A stretch of DNA of 64,000 nucleotides, from NCBI GenBank assembly GCA_000165345.1, contig CM000431.1, positions 128,001 through 192,000 of the forward strand, in the 5' to 3' direction. The notes beneath the pieces were generated by a model. The model was not told the origin of the DNA, did no database searches, and saw only the letters and a list, made by a program, of their open reading frames with translations. This document shows positions 42,429 to 52,500 of the stretch, piece by piece. How positions within the stretch are numbered: position 1 is the stretch's first letter; every line of letters starts with the position of its first letter. Both the position numbers and the translations under genes were made by a program.

Positions 42429-42791
42429 TGGAATTTTCCCATTTATATTTGCTATTTTTTTTTAATTATTATATTAATTGTCAATTTTGATATTTTTGTG
42501 TGCATTTCCACTGAGCCCCTTTAATTTGTCCTTTCATATTTTATTTTAGTGTACATTTGTGTGATTTATATACAATTTATTAGGAAATTAAATAAAGTGT
42601 GAAAAAATACTGAAATATTGTGCTCTATTTCTTGCACAATACTTTATAACAAAATTCTCTTTTAAATATAATTAGCATATGATGAGACAATTATAATTAT
42701 AAGGAAATAGATCAATTTTTGACTAATTAAGATTATATTCACATATGCAGAGTATAATTTAATTGGATTCTCAACAAGGTGATACTTTTTT

Positions 42792-44858
42792 ATGATTAAA
42801 TCAAAATATTGGTATTGGACATTAACTTTGGTTCTCCTGATTATTCAGGTGGTTTTGGGTCAAAATGAAAAGTTTAGTAGATTAGTAGCTTCTTATGCTA
42901 CAGGAATAGATGAGATATTTTATCCATTTATTCCTCAATTATTTCTGATGATGGGTAGAGAACAGGTTATCTCAAATTTATTTAATTCTTTTGATGTTGT
43001 TATTGAGAAATATCCAGGAACAGCAAATTTGTGGATGTTTGAAAGTATTAAAGGAGAAATAAGTGAGATAAAGAATTCTATGGAAGAAAATATATTGAAT
43101 TTGGGAGACAAGTACAATATCAAATTTGCTGGAGATAATAAATTTAAAAGTTTTCAGGATTTCCAAAAAGATCTTTTGATTTATTTTAAAGAATTTGGAT
43201 TAGAAAGAGCATTTAAGATACATAATGAAATTGAGGAAATAAGAAAAAAGCTAATGGATTATAAAACTTTAAATAATGTAAAAATACTTGAACAAGTTGA
43301 ATATAGGTGGAACTTTTTGATAAATATATTAGAATTTGTAAATAAGAATGAAGGGAATAAAAATGATGAGTTAAGAAGAAAAATTAATCAAAGTATAACA
43401 AATCACTTTATCATGATGGAGATTCCAAAAAAAACTGAGTTTGATGTGAAAAACTTTGATTCAGATTTCTCAAACGAATTTTGGGATGGCCATTTAAGCA
43501 ATTATAAATTATTGGCTCTTTTTCATGAATATAGTATTCAACAGATAAACTTGTTATATAAACAGAAATTGATTTGGCTGAGAATTCATTTAACAGTAGG
43601 AATAATAGATTCGGAAGGTTTTCTGAATAAAGTACATAAGTCAGCAAGTAACACAATGGTACACTCAATTTCATTAACTTCTCTTCAATACTTATACCAG
43701 ATTAAGGATAGAATCGACTTTTTTTTGTTAAATGAATCTTATTTGGATCAACTACTGGATATTTACGATAATTTATCAATAGCAATGAATAGGTGGATGG
43801 GACAGACTTTGGTTTTGGATGATTTGCAATATTTATATACTCATTTGAAGATTGAATGTTTAGACATTCGAAAAGCATTAATACATTTTTTTGACAGGAT
43901 AAAACAATATGGACAGACAGATCTGATAGTGTTGGATAAAAAGAGCAAGAAGAATAAAAAATTAGGGAAGAAGAATAGTGGATTTTTAACTCATTTACCA
44001 ATAGAATGGGATATTACAACAAAGCTAGAGAATGATTTATTATCTTTAATAAGAGAAATTGAGATTTGGAAAGGGAAAAGCTATCCTAAAGTAAAACAAT
44101 CTGGGGATATTTTAATTTTTAGAGATATGATTACTTCAAGAGTAAATATGGAACTTGAGGAGGAAATTAAAAAGAACGATAGCTTATATGAGGATCATAC
44201 TGAGTTTTACCTTTATTTAGAAAGGATAGAACAAAGATATATGACTTTTGTGAGAAAGTCAATCGTATTTTTGGATGAACTTAAGAGTACAAGTAATGAC
44301 TGCCAGACTTTGTATTTTTCAGCATCCCAAGCTGGAACCTTGATTTATGAGATCGTAGCAAGTGAAATATTAAAAACGTCAAACCGTTCGGGAAGGATTA
44401 ATATGAACTCGAGCAAACAGCTAAAAAGCTTAATTAAAGATTTAGAATTTGTGAAGGAATCAATAGATACAGTAAAGAAGACTGAAGAGGATAGCGATGC
44501 TACTGATATTCTTGGAGAATCAATATCCGATGAAGACTTTATATATGTTCCTGGAACAGTTGGGAGTTTTAAAAAATCCCAGACCACTAGTGGTTATTTG
44601 ATATTCAGGATTTCAGTGATTGTGGGACTTTTAATTGTGGCAATCATATTGTATATTTATAAGGATAAAATCTTGGTGAAAAAGTTTGATAATTCTGAGG
44701 AAAGCGAGATATACGAAAGATATTGTTCAAGGGTATCTTTGGACGAGATAGAGTTTAATTCCTCGCAAAATGGTGAACATAAAATGGTTATGAAAAAGAA
44801 TAAGTATTATAAGGTAGATAATAAGTCTGGGAATATAATTTTAAAGCAGCAAAAGTGA
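42792..44858 (+). CDS. Type-I membrane protein of unknown function (signal peptide plus a single C-terminal TM).
   Basis: 688 aa. The N-terminal YWYWTLTLVLLIIQVVLG is a signal peptide. A C-proximal helix LIFRISVIVGLLIVAIILYIY is followed by a short cytoplasmic tail. Confidence 0.5.
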   Translation: MIKSKYWYWTLTLVLLIIQVVLGQNEKFSRLVASYATGIDEIFYPFIPQLFLMMGREQVISNLFNSFDVVIEKYPGTANLWMFESIKGEISEIKNSMEENILNLGDKYNIKFAGDNKFKSFQDFQKDLLIYFKEFGLERAFKIHNEIEEIRKKLMDYKTLNNVKILEQVEYRWNFLINILEFVNKNEGNKNDELRRKINQSITNHFIMMEIPKKTEFDVKNFDSDFSNEFWDGHLSNYKLLALFHEYSIQQINLLYKQKLIWLRIHLTVGIIDSEGFLNKVHKSASNTMVHSISLTSLQYLYQIKDRIDFFLLNESYLDQLLDIYDNLSIAMNRWMGQTLVLDDLQYLYTHLKIECLDIRKALIHFFDRIKQYGQTDLIVLDKKSKKNKKLGKKNSGFLTHLPIEWDITTKLENDLLSLIREIEIWKGKSYPKVKQSGDILIFRDMITSRVNMELEEEIKKNDSLYEDHTEFYLYLERIEQRYMTFVRKSIVFLDELKSTSNDCQTLYFSASQAGTLIYEIVASEILKTSNRSGRINMNSSKQLKSLIKDLEFVKESIDTVKKTEEDSDATDILGESISDEDFIYVPGTVGSFKKSQTTSGYLIFRISVIVGLLIVAIILYIYKDKILVKKFDNSEESEIYERYCSRVSLDEIEFNSSQNGEHKMVMKKNKYYKVDNKSGNIILKQQK

Positions 44859-45487
44859 GGAGTCTTTTTTATAAAAAAGTTTTGTGAATCTAGTTACAAT
44901 TTCCATAATTAAGTAGAAAATGTTTCCTTAAATTCAATTCTTATATAGAAATCGAATAGTTCGACTGTTACCTTCCGGCGATTGAAAGTCGCTTATTAGT
45001 AGTTTATAATCTTTTAATTTGATCAAATTTTTTCTAAAAAGTTTATTTAGAGTCTATCCACTATTCATTTTTTAATCATTTTCTGAGGGGTATATAGAAC
45101 TTGCATGTACCGGTATTTTTGCATGCATTCAAGGTAAAAAATACAAGCCATGCAAACAATAAAAACTGGCGGGCAGAGGAAGAATTAAGAATGTTAATAT
45201 ATGTTTATAATGATTAATAACAAATAATTGAATAAATGTGGGATTCTAATATGAAGGAGCTCATTTTCTGAATTTTGAGTTTGAAACAATAAAGAAAATG
45301 TGTCAAAAAAAGTAGTTTCTTTGGAAGAGGTAAAGTCGAAATTTCGGATGGATTTTCTTTTGTAGAAATATGCATGCAAGAGGCGCTTGAGGACAAGGCG
45401 TAGTGAGGGGGAAGAATTTAATATGCAATAAAAACACAAAAAAAGTAATTTGTTGACAGAACATGAAGAGGTGAATTTCCAAAAAAG

Positions 45488-48400
45488 ATGGATGTAATAG
45501 AAGCAGGAGATGTTGTGGAAAAGCCATCTCCAGATGTTTTTCGCTCAAGTAGGCAATTTTTGGACTCTGAGGTGAAGTTAATAGAAGAAATAAAACATAA
45601 TTTTTTGGATACAGTAGGTTATATGGAATTTCGAAAATTTAGCAGAAAACACCAGGGAGTATTTAGAGATGTTGCAAGGGCTTGGACTTTGATTTTGTTA
45701 GTACTTTGTGGATTTTTCTCAAATCTGCTATTTTTTTCTTCATGTCCAAATTTGGGAGATATAGCAGCACATGGGTTGTTTTACAAGGGATATAATTTGA
45801 TAATATTATGCGTTGAAATCGGAATGATAGTGACTACATCATTTTGGCTGCTAATGACTCAGTTCCAGACTGGAGTAGTTTACTCGTTTAGATTGAGCGT
45901 TTTATACACAGCTATTACATTTCTATTATTTATTTTGAGGACAACAATTTCAGATTCAGAAAACTCAACAATTCTACAAAAATGTGACTATATTTTGAGT
46001 AATGGAGAGGTGATCGTTTACAATATAATTCCGCTCATATATATTACGTTACAGTTCTTAATTTCTTTTATTTCATTTTTTTACTCAAAACTGAGACCAA
46101 TCATAGCTGTATATTACTTTAAGCATCCTTGGTTCCTCAAGTCTTGGAAATTTGTAAATATTGAGCCTGTAGAGTTAAAATTACTTTCTTTTGGAAAGAG
46201 GTTTGATGGGAGCAGAAATATTAGTCCAAGAAATACAAGTTCAAAGTATTGTGAAAAAAGCGAGTCAGAGGACAAGACGAGCTCTGAAGGTATGAAAGGA
46301 GGATATTCAAGCGATACAAAAATGTTTTGGGATACGGAAAGTGATAACCAGAATATCAGATTAGCTTCTGGTTATTTCATTGAGATTAAAAGGTTTAGTG
46401 TAAGAAAGCTACTGAAAAAGTTGAATCCGATAAGATTGGATTTGCTTTTAACTTTTAGAACAAGAAAGGATAGAGGTAGAAGACCAAATTCTTTGAAAAA
46501 CCAGGGATGCAGCATAAATAGTTGGTATTTGGGAGAAATTAATGAGGAAGGAAGGCCTCATGGTTTTGGAAGATGGAGGGAGGATGATTACTACGGCGAG
46601 ATTCTCGTTGGGTTTTGGAAGAATGGGCATCCTGTTGGACCATTTAAAACAAGAGAGTGTAGATCAGGGAGTGGCTTTATTTGTTTGAAGCTAGGATTCT
46701 GTCGAACAGAGGCAAATTTGACTCCTAATCTATATGGTTATGCAGATATTGAATGCAGTGTTTCTGGTCAATTCTTTAGAGGGTTTCCTTTATGCCATAT
46801 TTATCCGGCTCCGTCAATAGGAATGAATAGAAGTGGATCAATCTTTGCGAGAATTGGGGCTAAAGGAAAGGCAGCATTAGATGATACAACTCAAAAGGGC
46901 AAGAAAATGGTTGGTGCAGTGTTTAATAGTTCTTGGTTTAAGAAAATAAGGAAAAAGGACAAAGATAAGAAGACCGCATTAGAGAAGAAGGAGAGCATTT
47001 TAGATTCTAAAAAGGTGGTTAGGCTTAATTTAGATAATATTGAAGGTAATAGTGATAAGATGGAGTCAAATGAATTAAATAGTTTATCAATTGATATACC
47101 GTCAGGAAATGAGCAAAATTTAAAGGAAGTAGAACCCAAACTGTCATCAGGGATGTGTAAAAGTGAAATGAATTTAAGCTTACAGAAAAAAGGAGTTCAC
47201 ATGATCCGTAAAGTTAGACAAAAGCTAAGAAGGAACCAAAACAGACAGGACAAGGAGCGTGATTTGTCTCTTCTGTGGGTTTTCCAAAATTTATCCCCAC
47301 ACATTCCGATGTTTACAATCCACCCTAAGAATGAAGTCACTATTTTGGTTGATGCAGAAAGGGGTTTGTATATTGCCGGATACTTTCCAGTATCAGAAGT
47401 ATTACGTTATACAAAACAAACAGGAGCGAGGTTGGCTTTGAGCAACCAGGATCCTGAGAGTTTGCTAAGCGAAAATAACCTAAAGAGTACAATTTTGGGC
47501 CCGAATGATGCCATTAGTGGGCTTATTCCGTTCTCAAGCTCATTTTCGAGCTCCTCCATTATCAAAGCTTCTCAGTATCCTCTAAATAGGCCTCAAGATA
47601 ATAGGTACTTGGAGTCTGTTGAAGTTAGGGTAGTTGATAGATATTGCAATGATTCCGTCTTCTCAAAAGATGCTTTAGATGAAAACCAGGATAATACCGT
47701 ATACTACCCAGAGTTGGAAGTCAAGAATTGGATTCATAGCGATGGACTTCATGCGGCTGAGGCGCTGATATTTATTCATGGGTATAATAACACAATAATG
47801 GATGCTTTAAGGCAAGTTGGACAGATGATTGCTTTTGGAAACTTTCCCTCGTATATAAAACCTATGGTATTTTCTTGGCCATCAGGAAATTCCTTCTTAG
47901 AGTATTTCAAGGCTAGAAAGAGTGCAGAAAGTCCTCACACTCATAATTCACTTTACCAACTCATATTAGGGTTAAAGAATAGAGGAATTCGACATATCCA
48001 CATTATGACTCATTCAATGGGAACTAGATTATTCATCCAGTCGTTCCCTAAGCTTTTATCAGAGAATTTACTTGAAAGATGTGAACAGCATGATCATAGA
48101 TCAAGCATTGATCCTGGAAATTATTTGGGTCTTCGTCATTCTGAGACTCAGTTCGGAGACGAGATTAATCCAATTATTAATGAAAAGGTTCAAATAGTTT
48201 CAATGACTTTCTTGAATCCTGATTATTACTTGGATGACTTTATTAACAAAGCTTTCCCAATGTTAAGGCAATACTGTAATTTAATTACTATGTATGGAGA
48301 TAGCCAAGATGGTGCTCTAAAGTGGAGTGAAATCATTCAGGGTAGGAAAGCTCTCGGCTGCAACGTTTTTGGATTGCATTACGGGACTATTGGGAGCTTT

Positions 48401-49009
48401 AGTAAGAGAATGAAATCTCAAATCAACGATCTTGACCAATATAGAGCTTCTGATGTGGAACTAACCAGTGGCTTGAAGAAGACAGTTTCTACATCAAACA
48501 TGGCCGTCTATGGGGATGAAATCAACTTCTCTTCCAATCAGAAAATAGGAACAACAGGATTAAAATCGGATACGGAAAATCACCCTAATTCTGAGAATAG
48601 AGCTTCACAAGAATCAAAACCAAGAAATGATAGCGCATTATCTCTTATTTACCCTTCTAAGGTCCTAATTAACAGTTTCAACGCCTCTCAAAGTCCCAGG
48701 CAAGGTTCTCCAAGAGCAAGTAGTTCCGGAATTTTGGAGACTTCCAGTCCATATGCAAATAGACATACTCCTGAACAAAGATTCAACTATTTAGATATGG
48801 ATGTAATTGACCAGAGTTTCATTGAACAAAATGTTGGGACAATGCGTCATAATAACTGGAACTTAAACAGAGAAGTCATTGAGGATTTGAGGGAACTGGT
48901 GGTGAGCAGGAAAAGAGCATACCAGAGATCTACCAGGCTAGACAAACGAGAAGGTAATGTTTGGGTCTACAGAATTGCTCCTTCTTGTGTCACTTCCATT
49001 TTCGACTAG
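45488..49009 (+). CDS. Membrane protein with an N-terminal 4-TM block, MORN-like repeats and a C-terminal DUF900-type alpha/beta hydrolase domain.
   Basis: 1173 aa. There are four hydrophobic helices at residues 60-200. GRPHGFGRWREDDYYGEILVGFWKNGHPVGPF is MORN-like. The C-terminal ALIFIHGYNNTIMDALRQVGQMIAFGNFPSYIKPMVFSWPSGNSFLEYF...IRHIHIMTHSMGTRLF matches the PF05990/DUF900 hydrolase pattern (HGYNN...FSWPS...AHSMG, a GxSxG nucleophile elbow). Confidence 0.65.
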   Translation: MDVIEAGDVVEKPSPDVFRSSRQFLDSEVKLIEEIKHNFLDTVGYMEFRKFSRKHQGVFRDVARAWTLILLVLCGFFSNLLFFSSCPNLGDIAAHGLFYKGYNLIILCVEIGMIVTTSFWLLMTQFQTGVVYSFRLSVLYTAITFLLFILRTTISDSENSTILQKCDYILSNGEVIVYNIIPLIYITLQFLISFISFFYSKLRPIIAVYYFKHPWFLKSWKFVNIEPVELKLLSFGKRFDGSRNISPRNTSSKYCEKSESEDKTSSEGMKGGYSSDTKMFWDTESDNQNIRLASGYFIEIKRFSVRKLLKKLNPIRLDLLLTFRTRKDRGRRPNSLKNQGCSINSWYLGEINEEGRPHGFGRWREDDYYGEILVGFWKNGHPVGPFKTRECRSGSGFICLKLGFCRTEANLTPNLYGYADIECSVSGQFFRGFPLCHIYPAPSIGMNRSGSIFARIGAKGKAALDDTTQKGKKMVGAVFNSSWFKKIRKKDKDKKTALEKKESILDSKKVVRLNLDNIEGNSDKMESNELNSLSIDIPSGNEQNLKEVEPKLSSGMCKSEMNLSLQKKGVHMIRKVRQKLRRNQNRQDKERDLSLLWVFQNLSPHIPMFTIHPKNEVTILVDAERGLYIAGYFPVSEVLRYTKQTGARLALSNQDPESLLSENNLKSTILGPNDAISGLIPFSSSFSSSSIIKASQYPLNRPQDNRYLESVEVRVVDRYCNDSVFSKDALDENQDNTVYYPELEVKNWIHSDGLHAAEALIFIHGYNNTIMDALRQVGQMIAFGNFPSYIKPMVFSWPSGNSFLEYFKARKSAESPHTHNSLYQLILGLKNRGIRHIHIMTHSMGTRLFIQSFPKLLSENLLERCEQHDHRSSIDPGNYLGLRHSETQFGDEINPIINEKVQIVSMTFLNPDYYLDDFINKAFPMLRQYCNLITMYGDSQDGALKWSEIIQGRKALGCNVFGLHYGTIGSFSKRMKSQINDLDQYRASDVELTSGLKKTVSTSNMAVYGDEINFSSNQKIGTTGLKSDTENHPNSENRASQESKPRNDSALSLIYPSKVLINSFNASQSPRQGSPRASSSGILETSSPYANRHTPEQRFNYLDMDVIDQSFIEQNVGTMRHNNWNLNREVIEDLRELVVSRKRAYQRSTRLDKREGNVWVYRIAPSCVTSIFD

Positions 49010-49528
49010 TTTAAAGCTTCAAATATCACCTTTAATGAGGTGATTACTGCTCAAGATTCTCCAGTTTTCACAGTTATTACATCAATTTCGCCCAGAATAA
49101 GAAATAGTTTAAAACAAAATAAACAATTAAGCAAAATTCTACCTACATTTCACAACTCTTCTCGGAAACTGGGTGACATTTTCTCCTTGTTCACCTAACT
49201 GCTTCCTATATTACTCCACAAAATGAGTATACTGACTCCTGCTAAGTCCCAAACAAATTAACCGAGCTAAGCAAATCCAAGTTCAACAACCTAAGTCTCA
49301 CATCTTTAATAGTCCTGACAATTTTTAATTTGTAATAACAGTGTCAATTCCTTTTATCCCTGCTCTTTCTCCATACTTTCTCTCTTTCCTCCATTTCCCC
49401 CTCTTTTCTTTCTCTTTCTCCAAATATTTTCCCTCCCTGAAACCTAAAATCTCTAAGCCCGGATCTAAAAATTAGGTGGCGGATCTAACGTTTTGGCGGG
49501 AAATTGCATGCAAGTCTGGAGAAAATAA

Positions 49529-52500
49529 TTGAGAAAAAGTGAAAAGTGCAGGAAAGAGATAATGAAAGCGTTATTCCTGGCATTTTTAATAATTTTTATA
49601 GGAGGATGGGGTGGGGGAAAGCTGGTTAGAGTGGAATCTTTAAAAACAAGTGCAAAAAGGTATCAAGAAAGAGAAAGGGTTCCATCTCGTTTGCCTCCAC
49701 CAAGAGAAGAACCTCCGGTATTTCAAAGATATTTATATTCCTATCCAAAAGATTATGGTTATTACTTTTTTAATAGAATTAGTGATTCCAATTACTGGGA
49801 TCGTATTAATGGAGAAAATAAGCAAATTCCAATTGAGGGTTGGCAATGGGACAACACATCTAATAATTGGTTATGGGGTCCCTTAAGAAACCAGGATGGT
49901 ACACCATTACTTCCTTTGAGTCCAGAATTAGAAGCTCCAAGAGCTTATGTGGGCCCTACTCGTATTTATGGTCCAATTCAAGTCGATGATTTACCAATTC
50001 CAAGAGTTTTAGATATAATTTGTAAACCTTATGAAAGTTTAATAGGTATTAGAGCATGGTTTCCCAATCCTGAAAGTAAAGGAAGGAAAGATCTACGTGG
50101 GATTCAGTTCTTATGTTCTTCTCCTTTAGATACAAGAGTAAAAGGAGGGTCTAAACATTCAACATGGAGTAGGATTATGGGAAATGTTGGCCCAAATTTG
50201 AAAAAGTACACTGTTTTGACGCGTCCAGAGGATCCTTTTGTCAAAATTAGGGTTTTTGTTGAAACTTTAAACCCAGTAAAGCATCAGTCCCAAAGAGAGT
50301 TAGTTATACCAACCTATCAAGGTCCAAGATTAGTGTATATAGATAATCAAGAAGAAGCATTGGAAAAAGGTCCAATATACCTTATTAGAAGAATAACTTT
50401 GAGAACCAAGAATAATCATCTGAGTTTCTTGGGTAAGGCAGGAGGTAATTTACCTTCAGTTGTAGAGTCTGCTCCAGAAGGATATGAGCTTTCAGGATTC
50501 AGAATCTTGATTTCAGGATATCCAAGAAGTAAATGGAGGGGAGCTGACTTTTCAACTTTGGCATACAGAAACTCCATATCTTTAGGATTTCTCTTCTCAA
50601 AGACTGAGGATATACTGTCTCGTCCTCAAGTTATTTATGGTAGAAGAGGATATGATTTCCAAGATATTAAATGCGATGGGAAGATCACAGGATTACAAGG
50701 ATTTTTTATGGGAAATAGAGGGTTGGTCGGTATTAAAGTTGAATGTGACAGAGTATGGCAGGAAGTTATTTTGGGAATTACAGAAGGAACTGATTATAAG
50801 GCCTTGGTTGGGAGTATGATCAGTGCTGTGACTTTGCATTTATCACCAGAAAAGTTTATCCAAAGTCTGGTGGTATTCTCTACAACAGGTAGACAACAGA
50901 AGTTGGGTGATGATTGGGTTACTCCTACAATAAGATCCTCTAAATCAGAGGGGGGAGGAAGAGGAAAGATTCTACAAGGAATCTTTGCCGAGTTGGACAA
51001 AACTGGAGCTATTTCAGGAATTGGTTTCCATTGGAAGAAGCCTCCAAAGCCGGGTCAGGCTGGGGATAGGGAGGATTATGGTAATTTGGAGGTTTCTGAA
51101 TCTCCCTTGGAAGGAGGAGACACTGGATCACTTGGAAATTCTTCAAAGAAGGAGATTGTTCCAAGAAGCTCCTTCTATGGTAGAGTTGCTAAGGATTGTC
51201 CAATCCTGGAAACCAAATGTCCCACGGGTGTTCCATTGACAGGTCTACGTTTAATTATGAGAAAGGGTGAGACCCAGCCAAAACCCTTTAAAATGTACTT
51301 AGTTTCTTTGTCAATCCAATGTGGAGACGAGTTCTTTAAGCCAGTTGGGAATCCAAATCTAATAGAAGCAGGTAAGAAGAGGACTTATGACATTCTGATT
51401 CATGAAGAGGATCCAGTTGTAGATTTCAGGGTTTATCTTGGTGATCTTGGTCTTCCTCATCTTTTTGATCTTCGTTTCAAACATGATGTATTAAGTAGTT
51501 ATGAATTATATGGATTCAGAGTTGCTATGATGATTAGAAGTGAGAGAATTGGTGCGATTGCTCCTCTTTATAGGGTTGCAACTCCTATTGATTTACCTCC
51601 AATCACTGCAAAAGACATTAGTATTCGTCTATTTGGAGCTGTTAGACCTGAATCTGATCCAGATGTGGTAGTACTTGAAACATCTTGTCCACCTGGAATC
51701 CCTATTACAGCTGTTAGGATGTGGTTTGTAAGGAAGATTGAGGGAAATAATGTTTTCTCTAGGTTAGTTGGTCTTAGAATTCGTTGTGGTTCTAAATGGA
51801 GGAAGACTAAACTTGGAAGTAGTATGGGAGATAGATTTGAAGCTGAAGTGGAATCTGGGGACTTCTTCTCAAGATCCTTTGTTGAGAACCAATCCGAGAA
51901 GCCTTTCTATGTGAGTGGGATAATGCTAGTTACTTTAGAGAATAGAAAGTCATCTTTTGGTGAGACAGGAACAGAAATTATGAAGAAATTGGCATCAGGT
52001 GATGTTGAATCTGAAATATATGGATTTATTGGACAGGAAACACCAGAAGGATTAGTTTCTATTGGGTTCCTTGAGAGAAAAGCAAATTACGATGATTATC
52101 CAACATTTAATGATATTGAAGTGGCTCCATATCAAGTTTCTGCTTCAGATATCCAAGGAGAATCAGAAGGTTCTTTGAATGAGGAAAAGTTAATAGAAAG
52201 CGGAATTGTGAACTTCAGGCCCGGAGAGGAGTGGTTTGGACGTAGAGGATTAGGGGGATCTCATGCAGAAGAGACTTTCTGTGCTCCTGGAAGCAGGTTA
52301 ACTGGTCTTTTGGTACATACTTCAACAAAGATTCCTCATTCGATTATTGGTTTGACTTTAATATGCGATGGCAAGCCATTAAATCCAGTTGGAAGTACTT
52401 TGGGAGATATTGCCAGGTATGAGATTCCAATGAATGAGCCAATAGAAAAGGTTGAAGTTGTATTGAATAAAGAAGATAGATCACTAAGTAGATTAAAACT

